This document shows, piece by piece, positions 18,438 through 28,642 of a stretch of DNA of 64,000 bases. Numbering within the stretch: position 1 is the first letter of the stretch; each line of letters starts with the position of its first letter. The stretch comes from Bacillus subtilis subsp. subtilis str. 168 (GTDB lineage Bacteria > Bacillota > Bacilli > Bacillales > Bacillaceae), in contig NC_000964.3 of NCBI RefSeq assembly GCF_000009045.1, positions 1,364,001 through 1,428,000 on the forward strand, read 5' to 3'. The position numbers and the translations under genes were made by a program. The notes beneath the pieces are model-generated. The model searched no databases. It saw nothing but the letters and a program-made list of their open reading frames with translations, and was not told where the DNA came from.

Positions 18438-18465
18438 CATCCTGAGGATTCTCAGGATGTTTTTT
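18438..18465 (+). terminator. Terminator of ohrB
   Basis: catcctgag-gatt-ctcaggatg followed by T6. Confidence 0.88.
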
Positions 18466-18627
18466 GGTGTCGGACATGCGGGGCGGGCACAGATTTATGA
18501 TAAAACTTCAGAGAAGCGTTTGAAGCATGCCTTTAAACCAAAAGTTACAGATGAAGCGGGTGGCTGGCACGGTGTCTGCCGTGCTGAATTGCGCGTATAT
18601 GCTGTTTTGTATTTGCACAGGGCATAG
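18457..18627 (+). CDS. Doubtful 56-aa ORF (I recall a small annotated locus here in strain 168)
   Basis: The frame is open, but it starts inside the ohrB terminator and has no RBS. Confidence 0.2.
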   Translation: MFFGVGHAGRAQIYDKTSEKRLKHAFKPKVTDEAGGWHGVCRAELRVYAVLYLHRA

Positions 18628-18647
18628 CGGCTACTTGGAGAAATAAC

Positions 18648-18676
18648 AAGGACCAGGCCGCGCATGCCTGATCCTT
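18648..18676 (-). terminator. Terminator of guaD
   Basis: aaggaccaggc...gcctgatcctt hairpin directly after the guaD stop codon. Confidence 0.65.
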
Positions 18677-19147
18677 TTAATATTCTTTCTTATTGGCGAA
18701 GTTCCGCCATGCTTGAAACGGGGATAAATGCTCTGTTAGTGTCACTTGATAAAAGGGGATCGTTCTTTCTTCAGCAGGTTTATCAATTTCTTTATAAATG
18801 AATGAATCATCAAACCCGGCTTCGGCAGCGTCTGTGTGCTCAGCTGCATAGAAAACGGCTTTAGGCCGGGCCCAGTAGATGGCGCCCAAGCACATTGGGC
18901 ATGGTTCACAGCTCGTATACAAAATGCAGTCATCAAGCTGGTAGGCTCCTAGCACCTTACAGGCTTTCCGAATAGCTGTGACTTCCGCGTGGGCAGTCGG
19001 ATCATTGCTTGTTGTGACGTTGTTCTGTCCCTCTGCAATAATGGCTCCGTCTTTCACGATAACGGCTCCAAAAGGCCCGCCGATTCCTGCATTCACTCCT
19101 TCACATGCGAGAGTGACAGCCCGTTTTAAGAACGTTTCATGATTCAT
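18677..19147 (-). CDS. guaD: Guanine deaminase (cytidine-deaminase fold)
   Basis: Zn motifs HAE and SCEPCPMC, plus GGPFGAVIV. RBS aggaggg precedes ATG 19147. Confidence 0.96.
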   Translation of the reverse strand: MNHETFLKRAVTLACEGVNAGIGGPFGAVIVKDGAIIAEGQNNVTTSNDPTAHAEVTAIRKACKVLGAYQLDDCILYTSCEPCPMCLGAIYWARPKAVFYAAEHTDAAEAGFDDSFIYKEIDKPAEERTIPFYQVTLTEHLSPFQAWRNFANKKEY

Positions 19148-19281
19148 CCCAATCCCTCCTGTCAATAGAGTGTTATTAGTATAGCCGAAAAGAATGCAAA
19201 GAACATTCTTAAAAAAGTGCAAAATAAACAAAGTATTTGGGGGATTTGCTAAATAAGAAACCGATTGTGGCTGTATTATAG

Positions 19282-19315
19282 AAAAAAACCATCTGCCAAA
19301 TGCAGATGGTTTTTT
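19282..19315. terminator. Terminator of metE
   Basis: aaaaaaaccatctgc-caaat-gcagatggtttttt. Confidence 0.88.
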
Positions 19316-19319
19316 CAAA

Positions 19320-21608
19320 TTATACTAGCTGTGTCTGCTGTGCTCTTGCCTGTTTTGCGGCTTCAACCATATTTTTCAATGCTGCAACCGTTTCTTCCTG
19401 CTGTCTTGTTTTCAATCCGCAGTCTGGATTTACCCAGAAGCGGTCAGTCGGACAGACGGCAAGCGCATCAACGATAATATTGTACATTTCTTCAGTTGAC
19501 GGCACACGAGGGCTGTGAATGTCATATACACCAAGGCCAAGCCCTTTCAAATACGGGTGGTTTTTTAAGTAATCTAAAAATCCTCCGTGGCTTCTGCTAT
19601 GTTCGATTGTAATCACATCGGCATCAAGATCATTGATTGTATCAACGATATCTTCGAAGTTGCTGTAGCACATATGTGTATGAATTTGTGTCTCGTTTTT
19701 CACGGAAGAAGTGGTTAATCTGAAAGCTTCTGCCGCCCAAGTCAAATACTCATCCCAATCGCGGGTTTTCAATGGAAGGCCTTCACGCAGCGCTGGTTCA
19801 TCGACTTGAATGATTTGAATGCCTGCGTCTTCAAGCGCTTTAACTTCTTTGCGAAGGGCAAGCCCGATTTGGAAGGCGATTTCTTTCCTCGAGATGTCGT
19901 TTCGAGGGAAAGACCAGTTTAAGATTGTAACCGGGCCCGTCAGCATTCCTTTCACATGCTTGGAAGTCAATGACTGTGCGTAGACTGTGTCTTTCACTGT
20001 CATCGGTTCAATAAATTCAACATCTCCGTAAATGACTGGCGGGCGGACACAGCGTGAGCCGTATGATTGAACCCAGGCATATTTAGTGAAGGCGAAACCG
20101 GCCAGCTTTTCACCGAAGTATTCGACCATGTCTGTCCGTTCAAATTCGCCGTGAACAAGGACATCAAGCTCCAATTCTTCCTGAATATCAATCCATCTTT
20201 TTGTTTCCGCATTGATAAAGTTTTGATACTGTTCATCGGACCACTCAGCTTTCCGCCATTTTTGGCGTGCGCTCCGCACTTCAGCAGACTGCGGGAAGCT
20301 GCCGATCGTTGTCGTCGGCAAAAGCGGAAGGCCGAGAGATTCATTTTGTAGGGCTAAACGTTCTTCAAACGGAATCGGGCGCTTGAAGTCTTTATCAGTT
20401 AATTGCTCAAGCTCTTTCTTTTGTTCAGAATTGGCGCCTGTTGCAAACTGTTTAAGCGCCTGGATATCAGCCTTAGCCTGCTGAATCTCTTCGCTGATCG
20501 CCGCTTTTCCTGATACTAAGCCTTCTTTCAAAGCTGTCAGCTCGGCCAGCTTTTCTTTTGCGTAGGATAATCCGTTCAATAGGTCTTTTTCCAAATGCTC
20601 ATCAGGGTGTTTCGCTACTGGAACATGCAGCAGGCTGCTGGAAGGCTGAATCCACAGTTCATCAACTTTTGCAATGCTGAGAATATCAAGAACGGCATCG
20701 AGACGCTCTTCAAGGTCCGCTTTCCAAATGTTGCGTCCGTCGATAACGCCGGCTGCCAGCACTTTATCTGTCGGGAAGCCATGTGTTTTAAGCTGTTCCA
20801 GGTTTCTGCCTTTGTCGTGAACGAAATCAAGGCCAATTCCCTGAACCGGGTAAGAGATCAGCTCTTCATAAGCATCAACAGAATCAAAATACGTCTGCAA
20901 AAGCACATTCAAGGATGAAAGCTCACTTGTAATGCTTTCAAATAATTCTTTTGCGCCGCGTACATCTTCACTAGAGGCGGTAACGAGCGCCGGCTCATCG
21001 ATTTGAACCCATTTTACGCCTTCTTCTTCAAGCTCTTTCAAAAGCTGTACATATAATGGCACAAGGCGTTTTTGGATCGCTTTTGCTTCAGACGGTTCAT
21101 AGCCTTTAGCAAGCGTAACGAACGTATAAGGGCCGACAATCACAGGCTTTGTTTCCACACCGTATTCCTGTTTGATCCGGCGATAATCTTCGAGTTGTTT
21201 GTTTCTTGTCAGACGGAACTCAATGCTCTCGTCATATTCCGGAACGATGTAATGGTAATTTGTATTAAACCATTTTGTCATTTCACTAGATACAGCGTCT
21301 TTGATTCCGCGGGCGATAGCGAAGTATGTATCGGTAGCGTCAGTCAAATGTCTGAACCGTTTCGGGATCCAGTTGAAGCTGACTGCTGTGTCGAGTACAT
21401 GGTCATACTGTGTGAAATCAGAAACAGGCACAACATCAATCTGCTGGTCAATTTGTGTTTTTACTGCGGATAAAAATAGTTCGTCGATTTGCTTCAAAAA
21501 CGTATCTTTATCAGTACTGCCTTTCCAATACGCTTCAAGTGCTTTTTTCCATTCCCGGTTCAGTCCGATTCTCGGAAATCCTAAATTCGATGTTTTGATG
21601 GTTGTCAT
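19320..21608 (-). CDS. metE: Cobalamin-independent methionine synthase
   Basis: [21 protein letters not shown] and [11 protein letters not shown] motifs. Confidence 0.99.
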   Translation of the reverse strand: MTTIKTSNLGFPRIGLNREWKKALEAYWKGSTDKDTFLKQIDELFLSAVKTQIDQQIDVVPVSDFTQYDHVLDTAVSFNWIPKRFRHLTDATDTYFAIARGIKDAVSSEMTKWFNTNYHYIVPEYDESIEFRLTRNKQLEDYRRIKQEYGVETKPVIVGPYTFVTLAKGYEPSEAKAIQKRLVPLYVQLLKELEEEGVKWVQIDEPALVTASSEDVRGAKELFESITSELSSLNVLLQTYFDSVDAYEELISYPVQGIGLDFVHDKGRNLEQLKTHGFPTDKVLAAGVIDGRNIWKADLEERLDAVLDILSIAKVDELWIQPSSSLLHVPVAKHPDEHLEKDLLNGLSYAKEKLAELTALKEGLVSGKAAISEEIQQAKADIQALKQFATGANSEQKKELEQLTDKDFKRPIPFEERLALQNESLGLPLLPTTTIGSFPQSAEVRSARQKWRKAEWSDEQYQNFINAETKRWIDIQEELELDVLVHGEFERTDMVEYFGEKLAGFAFTKYAWVQSYGSRCVRPPVIYGDVEFIEPMTVKDTVYAQSLTSKHVKGMLTGPVTILNWSFPRNDISRKEIAFQIGLALRKEVKALEDAGIQIIQVDEPALREGLPLKTRDWDEYLTWAAEAFRLTTSSVKNETQIHTHMCYSNFEDIVDTINDLDADVITIEHSRSHGGFLDYLKNHPYLKGLGLGVYDIHSPRVPSTEEMYNIIVDALAVCPTDRFWVNPDCGLKTRQQEETVAALKNMVEAAKQARAQQTQLV

Positions 21609-21682
21609 TGTTTCTCCTCCTTTATATGTAAAACACTCTCTTTCACCCGCGGATACAGGCTGCTAAGAGGTTTTCTCACAAC

Positions 21683-21891
21683 AAAAAGCCTCTTTCCCAT
21701 GAGAGAAAGAGGCTTTTCTACGTAAAACACTGCCTCTCTCATCTCTCAGACACAATCTGATGGAATTAGCACCGTGCCTTATGAGACATCAGTCTCGGCG
21801 CGAAAAGCAGTGCGCCCCATTTCACAATGGTATTACGGTCGGTTGCTGTTGGGGTCAAAAGGCCAATCCCTCGCCCAACTCTCGATAAGAG
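21683..21891 (-). ncRNA. SAM-I (S-box) riboswitch of metE with terminator
   Basis: Aptamer 21891-21736: CUCUUAUCGAGAG...GCAACC...GGUGCUAAUUCCAUCAG...GAUGAGAG, with a long P3 insertion. Terminator aagcctctttc/gaaagaggctt plus U run (21717-21683). Confidence 0.97.
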
Positions 21892-21934
21892 AAAATGTTA
21901 TTAATTTTTTGAAAAGTTGAATCATTTGTTGGTA

Positions 21935-21964
21935 ATCTTAACAGTAATTCAAATTCATTGTCAA
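21935..21964 (-). promoter_or_regulatory. Sigma-A promoter of metE
   Basis: TTGACA-N18 with extended -10 TGt-TAAGAT. Confidence 0.7.
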
Positions 21965-22023
21965 CATAGAATTTGAAATTTTTATTTACATGATGTGGTG
22001 TATATTATATAAGAAAAATAATC

Positions 22024-22983
22024 TTATAGGGTCAACAAATGTGATTGCTCTGCTTTTTCTGCGAGCTCATCAGGAGCTGTTAAATACAGGAATCCATTGC
22101 CTGCCAGCGTTTTTGCAATATCAAGAGGAAGTGTCCTGCGGATTAGCTGTGCGAAAACCTCAGATTCAGAAAGCTTTCTTTGAAATGATTCTTCTTCATA
22201 GCTTTTGATTAAAGCAAGCGCACCGCTGACATGAGGGGCAGCCATTGAAGTGCCGGTCAGCTTACCGTACTTCTTGTTGGGAAGGGTGGATAAGATGTTT
22301 TCTCCTGGTGCCACAAGGTCAATCTCTTTATTCGCGTTAGAAAATTCTGATAATTCTCGCGCTACAGAAACAGATCCAACTGCAATCACTTCATTATAAG
22401 CTGCGGGGTAGGAAAGCTCTTCTGTGCGTTCGTCGCCGTCACCTTCATTTCCCGCTGCACAAACGACAAGCACTCCGTTTTTCACTGCGTTTTTCACTGC
22501 TTCTTTTAGCTCTGGCACATCGCTTGGCCCTCCAAGGGACATTGAGATGATGTCGACTTTCTGTTCCACCGCGTAGTTGATGCCGTTAATTATCCATTCG
22601 TATTGTCCGCTGCCGTTCTCGCCGCCAAGAACCTTCACAATCAATAGGCTTGCCTCAGGCGCGACTCCGGCAATGCCTCCGTTTGAATCATTAGCTGCAA
22701 TTGTTCCGGCGACGTGTGTGCCGTGTCCGTTGTAGTCGGAAATCGCATCTTCCTTGCCGCCGTCGTCATCCGTGAAGTTCTTTCCGCCGATGATTTGATT
22801 TTTTAAATCAGGGTGGCTTGTGTCGCAGCCTGTGTCTAATACAGCAACTTTAATATTTTTGCCTTTTACCCCTTTTGCCCACATTTCTGGCGCCTTAATC
22901 ACTTTAATGCCCTCAGGAAGCTCGTTTACATCCATGATCTGCTCATTCGTCACATACGGGATCAAGCGGATTTCACCATTCAT
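22024..22983 (-). CDS. isp: Major intracellular serine protease (subtilisin S8)
   Basis: VAVLDTG, GHGTHVAG and GTSMAAPH triad; LIPY pro-segment; no signal peptide. Confidence 0.97.
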   Translation of the reverse strand: MNGEIRLIPYVTNEQIMDVNELPEGIKVIKAPEMWAKGVKGKNIKVAVLDTGCDTSHPDLKNQIIGGKNFTDDDGGKEDAISDYNGHGTHVAGTIAANDSNGGIAGVAPEASLLIVKVLGGENGSGQYEWIINGINYAVEQKVDIISMSLGGPSDVPELKEAVKNAVKNGVLVVCAAGNEGDGDERTEELSYPAAYNEVIAVGSVSVARELSEFSNANKEIDLVAPGENILSTLPNKKYGKLTGTSMAAPHVSGALALIKSYEEESFQRKLSESEVFAQLIRRTLPLDIAKTLAGNGFLYLTAPDELAEKAEQSHLLTL

Positions 22984-23205
22984 AAAAAAGCCCTCCTTTT
23001 TTATGCTTGCAAGTGGATTCAAGGGTGTTGCCTCATATTATATGAAAAAAGCAAGCGCTCGGACAGAGCCATTTGAAGCATTTTGAAAAAATAGGATACA
23101 CACCAAAGAATTAGTAATCTTCAAAATATTGGATGGCTTCAACATGTATGACTGGGATTCAACTGTAAGTCAAGTTATAATAGTGTTGGGGAAAGGAGCA
23201 GTGTC

Positions 23206-24039
23206 ATGAAACTGAATGAAAAATTATATGCATTTTTTTCAGAGCATGTGGAACAAATGGCCGAGGAATGGATTGAAACGATGGAGGAAAGTGATCCGAA
23301 TTCGCTTTACGCCCTACATAATGCAACAGTAACGGAAGAATTGAAAGAGCAGGACAGAGAATTTTACCGGCATCTGAATTACATGTATGTTTTACCGGAA
23401 AAACAATTTCTCGAAGAGTTTCAAGAGTGGGTCATTGAGCTGACCAACGATCAAAAACATCTCGACACACCGGTTCAGTATGTCATTCGGGAGTTTATGA
23501 GAAACAGGAGATTATATACGAAGTATTTTGAGAAGTTCGCAGAAGAAAATGAATCAGCGTTTGAACCGGGAGAGAAGCAAAAATGGGCAGATTTGATTGT
23601 AAAAGTATTTGATTTCACCATTTATACATTCGTTGATCACGCTGAAATGAATGCCAAGCAGCAATTAAACGCCCAAAGAGAAATGATATTGGAATTAAGC
23701 TCACCTGTCATTACCCTGAGCAAATCAACAGCTCTGCTGCCGCTTGTCGGTGACATTGATACCGAACGGGCGAAGTTTATTCTGGAAAACACGCTTCAAG
23801 CTTGTGCGAAAAGACGTGTGGAGCATCTGTTAATCGATCTGTCAGGTGTTGTTGTGGTGGATACGATGGTGGCGCACCAGATCTTTAAATTGATTGAGGC
23901 GCTTAATCTGATCGGTGTCCGGTCAACCCTGTCAGGAATCAGGCCTGAAATTGCGCAAACTGCTGTACAGCTGGGGATTGACTTTTCGAATATTACTATT
24001 AAAACCAACCTTGCCCAAGCATTAAACTATCATCAATAA
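23206..24039 (+). CDS. rsbRB: Stressosome RsbR paralog (non-heme globin plus STAS)
   Basis: STAS motifs LVGDIDTERA and VVDTMVA (phospho-Thr sites) and GIRPEIAQTAVQLG. Confidence 0.92.
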   Translation: MKLNEKLYAFFSEHVEQMAEEWIETMEESDPNSLYALHNATVTEELKEQDREFYRHLNYMYVLPEKQFLEEFQEWVIELTNDQKHLDTPVQYVIREFMRNRRLYTKYFEKFAEENESAFEPGEKQKWADLIVKVFDFTIYTFVDHAEMNAKQQLNAQREMILELSSPVITLSKSTALLPLVGDIDTERAKFILENTLQACAKRRVEHLLIDLSGVVVVDTMVAHQIFKLIEALNLIGVRSTLSGIRPEIAQTAVQLGIDFSNITIKTNLAQALNYHQ

Positions 24040-24071
24040 AAAAATCCGCTATCTGTGATAGCGGATTTTTT
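24038..24071. terminator. Bidirectional terminator between rsbRB and thiX
   Basis: aaaatccgctatc-tgt-gatagcggatttt. Confidence 0.88.
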
Positions 24072-24834
24072 ATGATGCGAAACATAAAGATACGAGAAAG
24101 GATCCCGCGAATAATAAGAGGACGAGGCAAAAGAACACCCAGTCGCGCCGGTTCACGCTCAATGTCCTGTAGTATGTCCGGTTTCTGCTTCCTGTAAATC
24201 CTTTCGATTCCATCGCAAGCGCTGTCCGTTCCGCTTTTCTGATGGCGCTTGCCAATAGCGGTATGGTATATCGTTTTAACGCACTGATTTTATTAATGAT
24301 GCCGCTCTCCGCCGCTCCTCCTCTGATTTTATGAGCCTGCTGAATCAGCTGGACCTCATCCTTTAACAGCGGAAGAAAGCGAAAGCCTGCAATGACACCG
24401 TACGCGAGCTTTGGTGAGAGCCTGCACTGCTGGACAAGGCTCAGCATAAATAGAATCGGATCGGTTGTAAAAACAAACATCATCGATAAGGCGGAAAAGC
24501 ATAAAATACGAAACCCGAGAGAGATGCCGACAGACACATTATCGCTGTTAATGGAGATAGGGCCTGCTTGAAACAAAAAATTATCCGGTGTTGTCGGCAC
24601 TTTTCCAAAAACTGCGGCTGTCCACACGCATCCGAATGCTAAAATCAAAAACGGAATCGTAAACAACAACCATTTTTTCAATGGGATTCCGGCCGCCAGT
24701 AAAACGCCCGCAACGATGATGATATAAAAACATGCCGGAGTGTAAGGGTTGTAAATAAACGACAGCATGACGACACAACAAAAAACCGCCGCCGCTTTCA
24801 CAGTCGGATTAATGAGATGTAACGGTTGCTTCAT
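24070..24834 (-). CDS. thiX: ECF transporter transmembrane T component (ykoC)
   Basis: RFLP, AHKIRG and ALAMESKGF motifs of EcfT. RBS gaggagg precedes the start at 24834. Confidence 0.9.
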
Positions 24835-26452
24835 CACGCACCTCCTCTTGAAATGCCATCCATTCATATAGAAGGGGAAGGGTGAGCTTTGCTTTTTGAA
24901 CAAGCCCTGTTTCTTGAGAAAACAACTGCGCTGGAGATCCGTCAAAGGCCAGGCCTGTATCGTGAAGCACAAGCACGCTGTCAGCATACGAAGAGACTAG
25001 CTCCATATCGTGTGTAATCATAAGGACAGCAGTTCCCTCTGCCTTGATACGTTGAATCATTTCCATGCATTCAGCCGCCGTGCGGGCATCCTGGCCAAAG
25101 GTTGGTTCGTCTAATAATAAAACCTTTACGTCATGCATGAGCATAGTAGCTACGCTCAGTCGCCGTTTTTGCCCTTGGCTGATCGCAAACGGATGATGAT
25201 CAGCCAAATGCGCAAGACCAAAACGCTGCAGCAGGTGTTGCGCTTTTTTCTCAGTTTCAGCATTTGCTTTCTGGCCGAACAGAAGCTCGTCATACACCGT
25301 ATCGGTGACGAATTGATGCTCAGGGTTTTGAAAAACAAATCCCATCCGTTTACGCAATTCTTTTTCTTTATATTTCTGCAGCGGCTGATCATAGAGAAGG
25401 ATTTTGCCGCTTTGCGGTTTCATGAGACTGGCCAGAACTGATAGGAGCGTCGATTTTCCAGTTCCGTTCGGACCGACAAGCGCCGTTAAAGAGCCTTCGC
25501 GCAACGAAAAGCTGATGTCTTTGAAAATCGCCTGCTGTCCTCTCGCGAACGAAAGGCTGCTGACTTCAAGCACACTCTCCCCAGAAGGGGCTTTCTTCTT
25601 TTTGACATGCCCGGCAGGAATAGGCTCTTTGAACAGCATCTCTTTTGATAAAGTAAACGGCATACTCAGCTTTTCCTGCAGATGACAGACCTTTGGAATG
25701 GCGATGCCCAATTTCTTTAGTGTCTCCGCTTCATGCTGAAATAGATTTTTCGTCAGGCCATCCAGTGCCTTTTTGCCTGATTTGTCGAGTACGATCGTTC
25801 TCTCAATCCAAGGCGCCCATTCATCAAGCTGGTGCTCAATGACGAGGAGGCTGAAACCTTTTTCCCGCTGAAGATCCTTCATCAGATGAACGAACTCCCG
25901 AGCTGAGAAAGGGTCTAAAAGAGAGGTCGGCTCATCTAAAATAATAAGCTCAGGCTCCATCGCCAAAATACAGGCGAGAGCCACTTTCTGCTTTTGTCCT
26001 CCTGAAAGGGTTGAGATCATTTTTTCTTTTAAATGGGTAATGCGTAATTTTTCTAATACGGCGTTGATTTTCTCTGTCATTTCTTCTTTTGGAATTTGCA
26101 GATTTTCCAGCCCGAACGCTATTTCGTCCTCCACCGTCAGCATGCAGAACTGCTGATCAGGATCCTGAAAAACGACCCCGGCATGCTGAGTAATCGTTTC
26201 GGAGGTTTCAGCATCTGTGACCGGCTTTTGAAATAGAAATACATGTCCGGACTGAATGCCGTCGCAAGCCTCCGGATATAGACCGTTTAAACAAAGGGCG
26301 AGCGAGCTTTTACCGCATCCGCTCGGTCCTAATAATAAAACACATTCTCCTTTTTGAAGCTCAAACGAAATGTCTTGAAAAACCGGTTTCTCGTCTTCTT
26401 CATAAGAGAAGCTGAGCTGCTCAACCGTCAGAAGCTCATCAAAGGCTTGCAT
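24809..26452 (-). CDS. thiW: ECF transporter tandem ATPase (ykoD)
   Basis: Two NBDs: [18 protein letters not shown] and [18 protein letters not shown]. Confidence 0.93.
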
Positions 26453-27038
26453 GTTCTGACGCCCGCTTCCGTTTCTTTTTCAGTTCCTTTCCGAGTGCCA
26501 TTCCGTTTAACACACCTGTATAAGCGAGAGAGTCGCTGACAGCTTTTCCGAGAAGCCCCGCCAAAAGCGCGCCGGAAATGAGGCGGATCACAAGCATAAT
26601 GAGCAGATAACCTGGTGAATAGGCTGCATAGCCAGAAACAAAGAGATCATAGATAAAGCTGGCTACTGAAGACCCCATACCGGCCAGCATAAGGACAGGG
26701 AGAGAGTATGCTTTCCAGCGTGTTGCAAGAAATACAGCCTCAGCCCCGAGCCCTTGAACAATGCCAATGACGATGACCATCGGGCCAGACGGATTTCCCA
26801 GCAGGCACTCAACGAGAGCGGCAATGATTTCAGAAACGAGCGCCGCACCCGGTTTTCGAATCATGTACGCGGCGATCACAGAAACGATAAACCAAATGCC
26901 GTAAATTGGTTCATAGGCGATTGGCCCAAACATACCTGCAAGTACGTTTCCGAAATGTGTAAATAATAAATAAACAACGGCAAATACGATACTGATAACG
27001 GACATGATGACAATTTCTTTTACTTTCCAGCTTTTCAT
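26439..27038 (-). CDS. thiV: ECF transporter substrate-specific S component (ykoE)
   Basis: Six hydrophobic segments with the RKPGAAL motif; lies in the TPP-controlled operon. Confidence 0.9.
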   Translation of the reverse strand: MKSWKVKEIVIMSVISIVFAVVYLLFTHFGNVLAGMFGPIAYEPIYGIWFIVSVIAAYMIRKPGAALVSEIIAALVECLLGNPSGPMVIVIGIVQGLGAEAVFLATRWKAYSLPVLMLAGMGSSVASFIYDLFVSGYAAYSPGYLLIMLVIRLISGALLAGLLGKAVSDSLAYTGVLNGMALGKELKKKRKRASEHASL

Positions 27039-27039
27039 G

Positions 27040-27642
27040 TTATCCCTGCTTTCTGTTTTTTCTTGATGGACTGTTAGCCGAAAGATTCACAGTCATGGTG
27101 ATGTGGTTTGTTTGCTGCTCAGCCATGCGGAAAACGGCCTCCAATGTGCTGAATACGTCATGCGCATCCCCGTCAAGCTCGCTCGCGTAATGGACACCCT
27201 GTACGAAAGTGCCTTGGGCTTTTGCAATGTCGACAGCCTCCATAATCAATCCCATATAATCCGGCTCATTCATTGGATAAAGGGCAAATTGGCACGGCGC
27301 TTCCGCCTTCAAGCCTCGGACAGCATCTTCATTGACACGCTTATCACCTTTGGAAAGATATGTATCCCCCTGTGTGTCACCCGGGCATCCAATGGAAAAC
27401 GTGCCGTTCATGACGATGTGTTGTTCGCTGTTTGCTGCATGAAGGTAAATGGCTTTTGCAGCATCGAATACATGATCAATCGATCCGCGTAACACCGTGC
27501 TGATATGGTCGGTTTTCGTCCAAACCTTGGATGTATCTGTTTTTTTCAGCGCAGACTTGATCACACTGATAAAATCATCCGTCATCGGATATAAAGAGAA
27601 GCGAAAACCGGCGATTCTGCTTGTACCGCAAATATGCTCCAT
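27040..27642 (-). CDS. thiU: Thiamine/HMP-binding protein (YkoF)
   Basis: Duplicated FSLYPM / FALYPM ferredoxin-like repeats. RBS aggaggt precedes ATG 27642. Confidence 0.92.
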   Translation of the reverse strand: MEHICGTSRIAGFRFSLYPMTDDFISVIKSALKKTDTSKVWTKTDHISTVLRGSIDHVFDAAKAIYLHAANSEQHIVMNGTFSIGCPGDTQGDTYLSKGDKRVNEDAVRGLKAEAPCQFALYPMNEPDYMGLIMEAVDIAKAQGTFVQGVHYASELDGDAHDVFSTLEAVFRMAEQQTNHITMTVNLSANSPSRKNRKQG

Positions 27643-27671
27643 TTCTCCGACCTCCTGTTTTTTTGGTAAAA

Positions 27672-27846
27672 TAAAAAACTGCATATCCTAAGGGAATATG
27701 CAGTCATAGATCGATTAAGCGCACAAAAAAATACACCATTCGGTCAACCTGCACTTCCCCACGCTGGTATTATCCAGATCGGGTCATAAGGGATCAAAGC
27801 GCGTTTCTTCCGCGCTTTATCTCAGCCAAAACAGCACCCCTAGTGC
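27672..27846 (-). ncRNA. TPP riboswitch with terminator
   Basis: Aptamer 27846-27751: GGGGUGCUG..GGCUGAGA...GAUCCCUUAUGACCCGAUCUGGAUAAUACCAGCGUGGGGAAGUGC. Terminator actgcatat/atatgcagt (27704-27678) plus U run. Confidence 0.97.
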
Positions 27847-27876
27847 TTTCCGTATACAATTTTTTATTTTGACATC

Positions 27877-27905
27877 ATAATAGATGATAAGAATCATTTT
27901 GTAAA
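27877..27905 (-). promoter_or_regulatory. Putative sigma-A promoter of thiUVWX
   Basis: TTTACA-N17-TATTAT on the minus strand. Confidence 0.6.
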
Positions 27906-27952
27906 CAACGAAATCATTTTTTTCATATAGGGACGGGAGAGGATGGTCAAAT

Positions 27953-28639
27953 TTGGAAAAAGGACACATATTAATTGTGGAAGATGAAGAAAAAATCGCC
28001 AGGGTTCTTCAGCTTGAATTGGAATATGAAGGATACAGCGTCACGATCAAACACAATGGCACAGAAGGTCTTGATGCGGCAGCGGAAGGCGGGTATTCCT
28101 TGGTGCTTCTTGATGTCATGCTTCCGGGGCTTAGCGGACTGGAAGTGCTGCGCCGCTTGAGAAAAACGGATTCGCAGACACCGGTCATATTATTAACGGC
28201 GCGAGACAGTATTCCTGATAAGGTAACAGGTCTGGACATCGGTGCAAATGACTATGTCACCAAGCCGTTTGAAATCGAGGAATTGCTTGCGAGAATCAGG
28301 GCGGCGCTGCGGCAAAATGGAACAAAAACTGAAGATATCGGCACCTTTCTTACATATGACGATTTGCGGGTGAACGAAAAAACCCGTGAAGTGAGACGCG
28401 GAGACAAAGAGGTGGAATTAACGCCGCGGGAATTTGATCTGCTCGTCTATATGCTAAAGCATCCGCAGCAAGTGCTGACACGGGAGCAAATTCTAAGCTC
28501 AGTATGGGGATTTGATTATATCGGTGATACAAATGTCGTGGACGTCTACATAAGATACATCAGAAAAAAACTGGACTATCCTTACGAAAAACAGCTGATC
28601 CATACGATTCGCGGGGTCGGCTATGCCATTAAGGGGTAA
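27953..28639 (+). CDS. ykoG: OmpR/PhoB-family response regulator
   Basis: LIVEDE, LLDVMLPG, GANDYVTKPF and winged-helix VVDVYIRYIRKKL...TIRGVGY. Confidence 0.95.
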   Translation: MEKGHILIVEDEEKIARVLQLELEYEGYSVTIKHNGTEGLDAAAEGGYSLVLLDVMLPGLSGLEVLRRLRKTDSQTPVILLTARDSIPDKVTGLDIGANDYVTKPFEIEELLARIRAALRQNGTKTEDIGTFLTYDDLRVNEKTREVRRGDKEVELTPREFDLLVYMLKHPQQVLTREQILSSVWGFDYIGDTNVVDVYIRYIRKKLDYPYEKQLIHTIRGVGYAIKG

Positions 28640-28642
28640 ACG

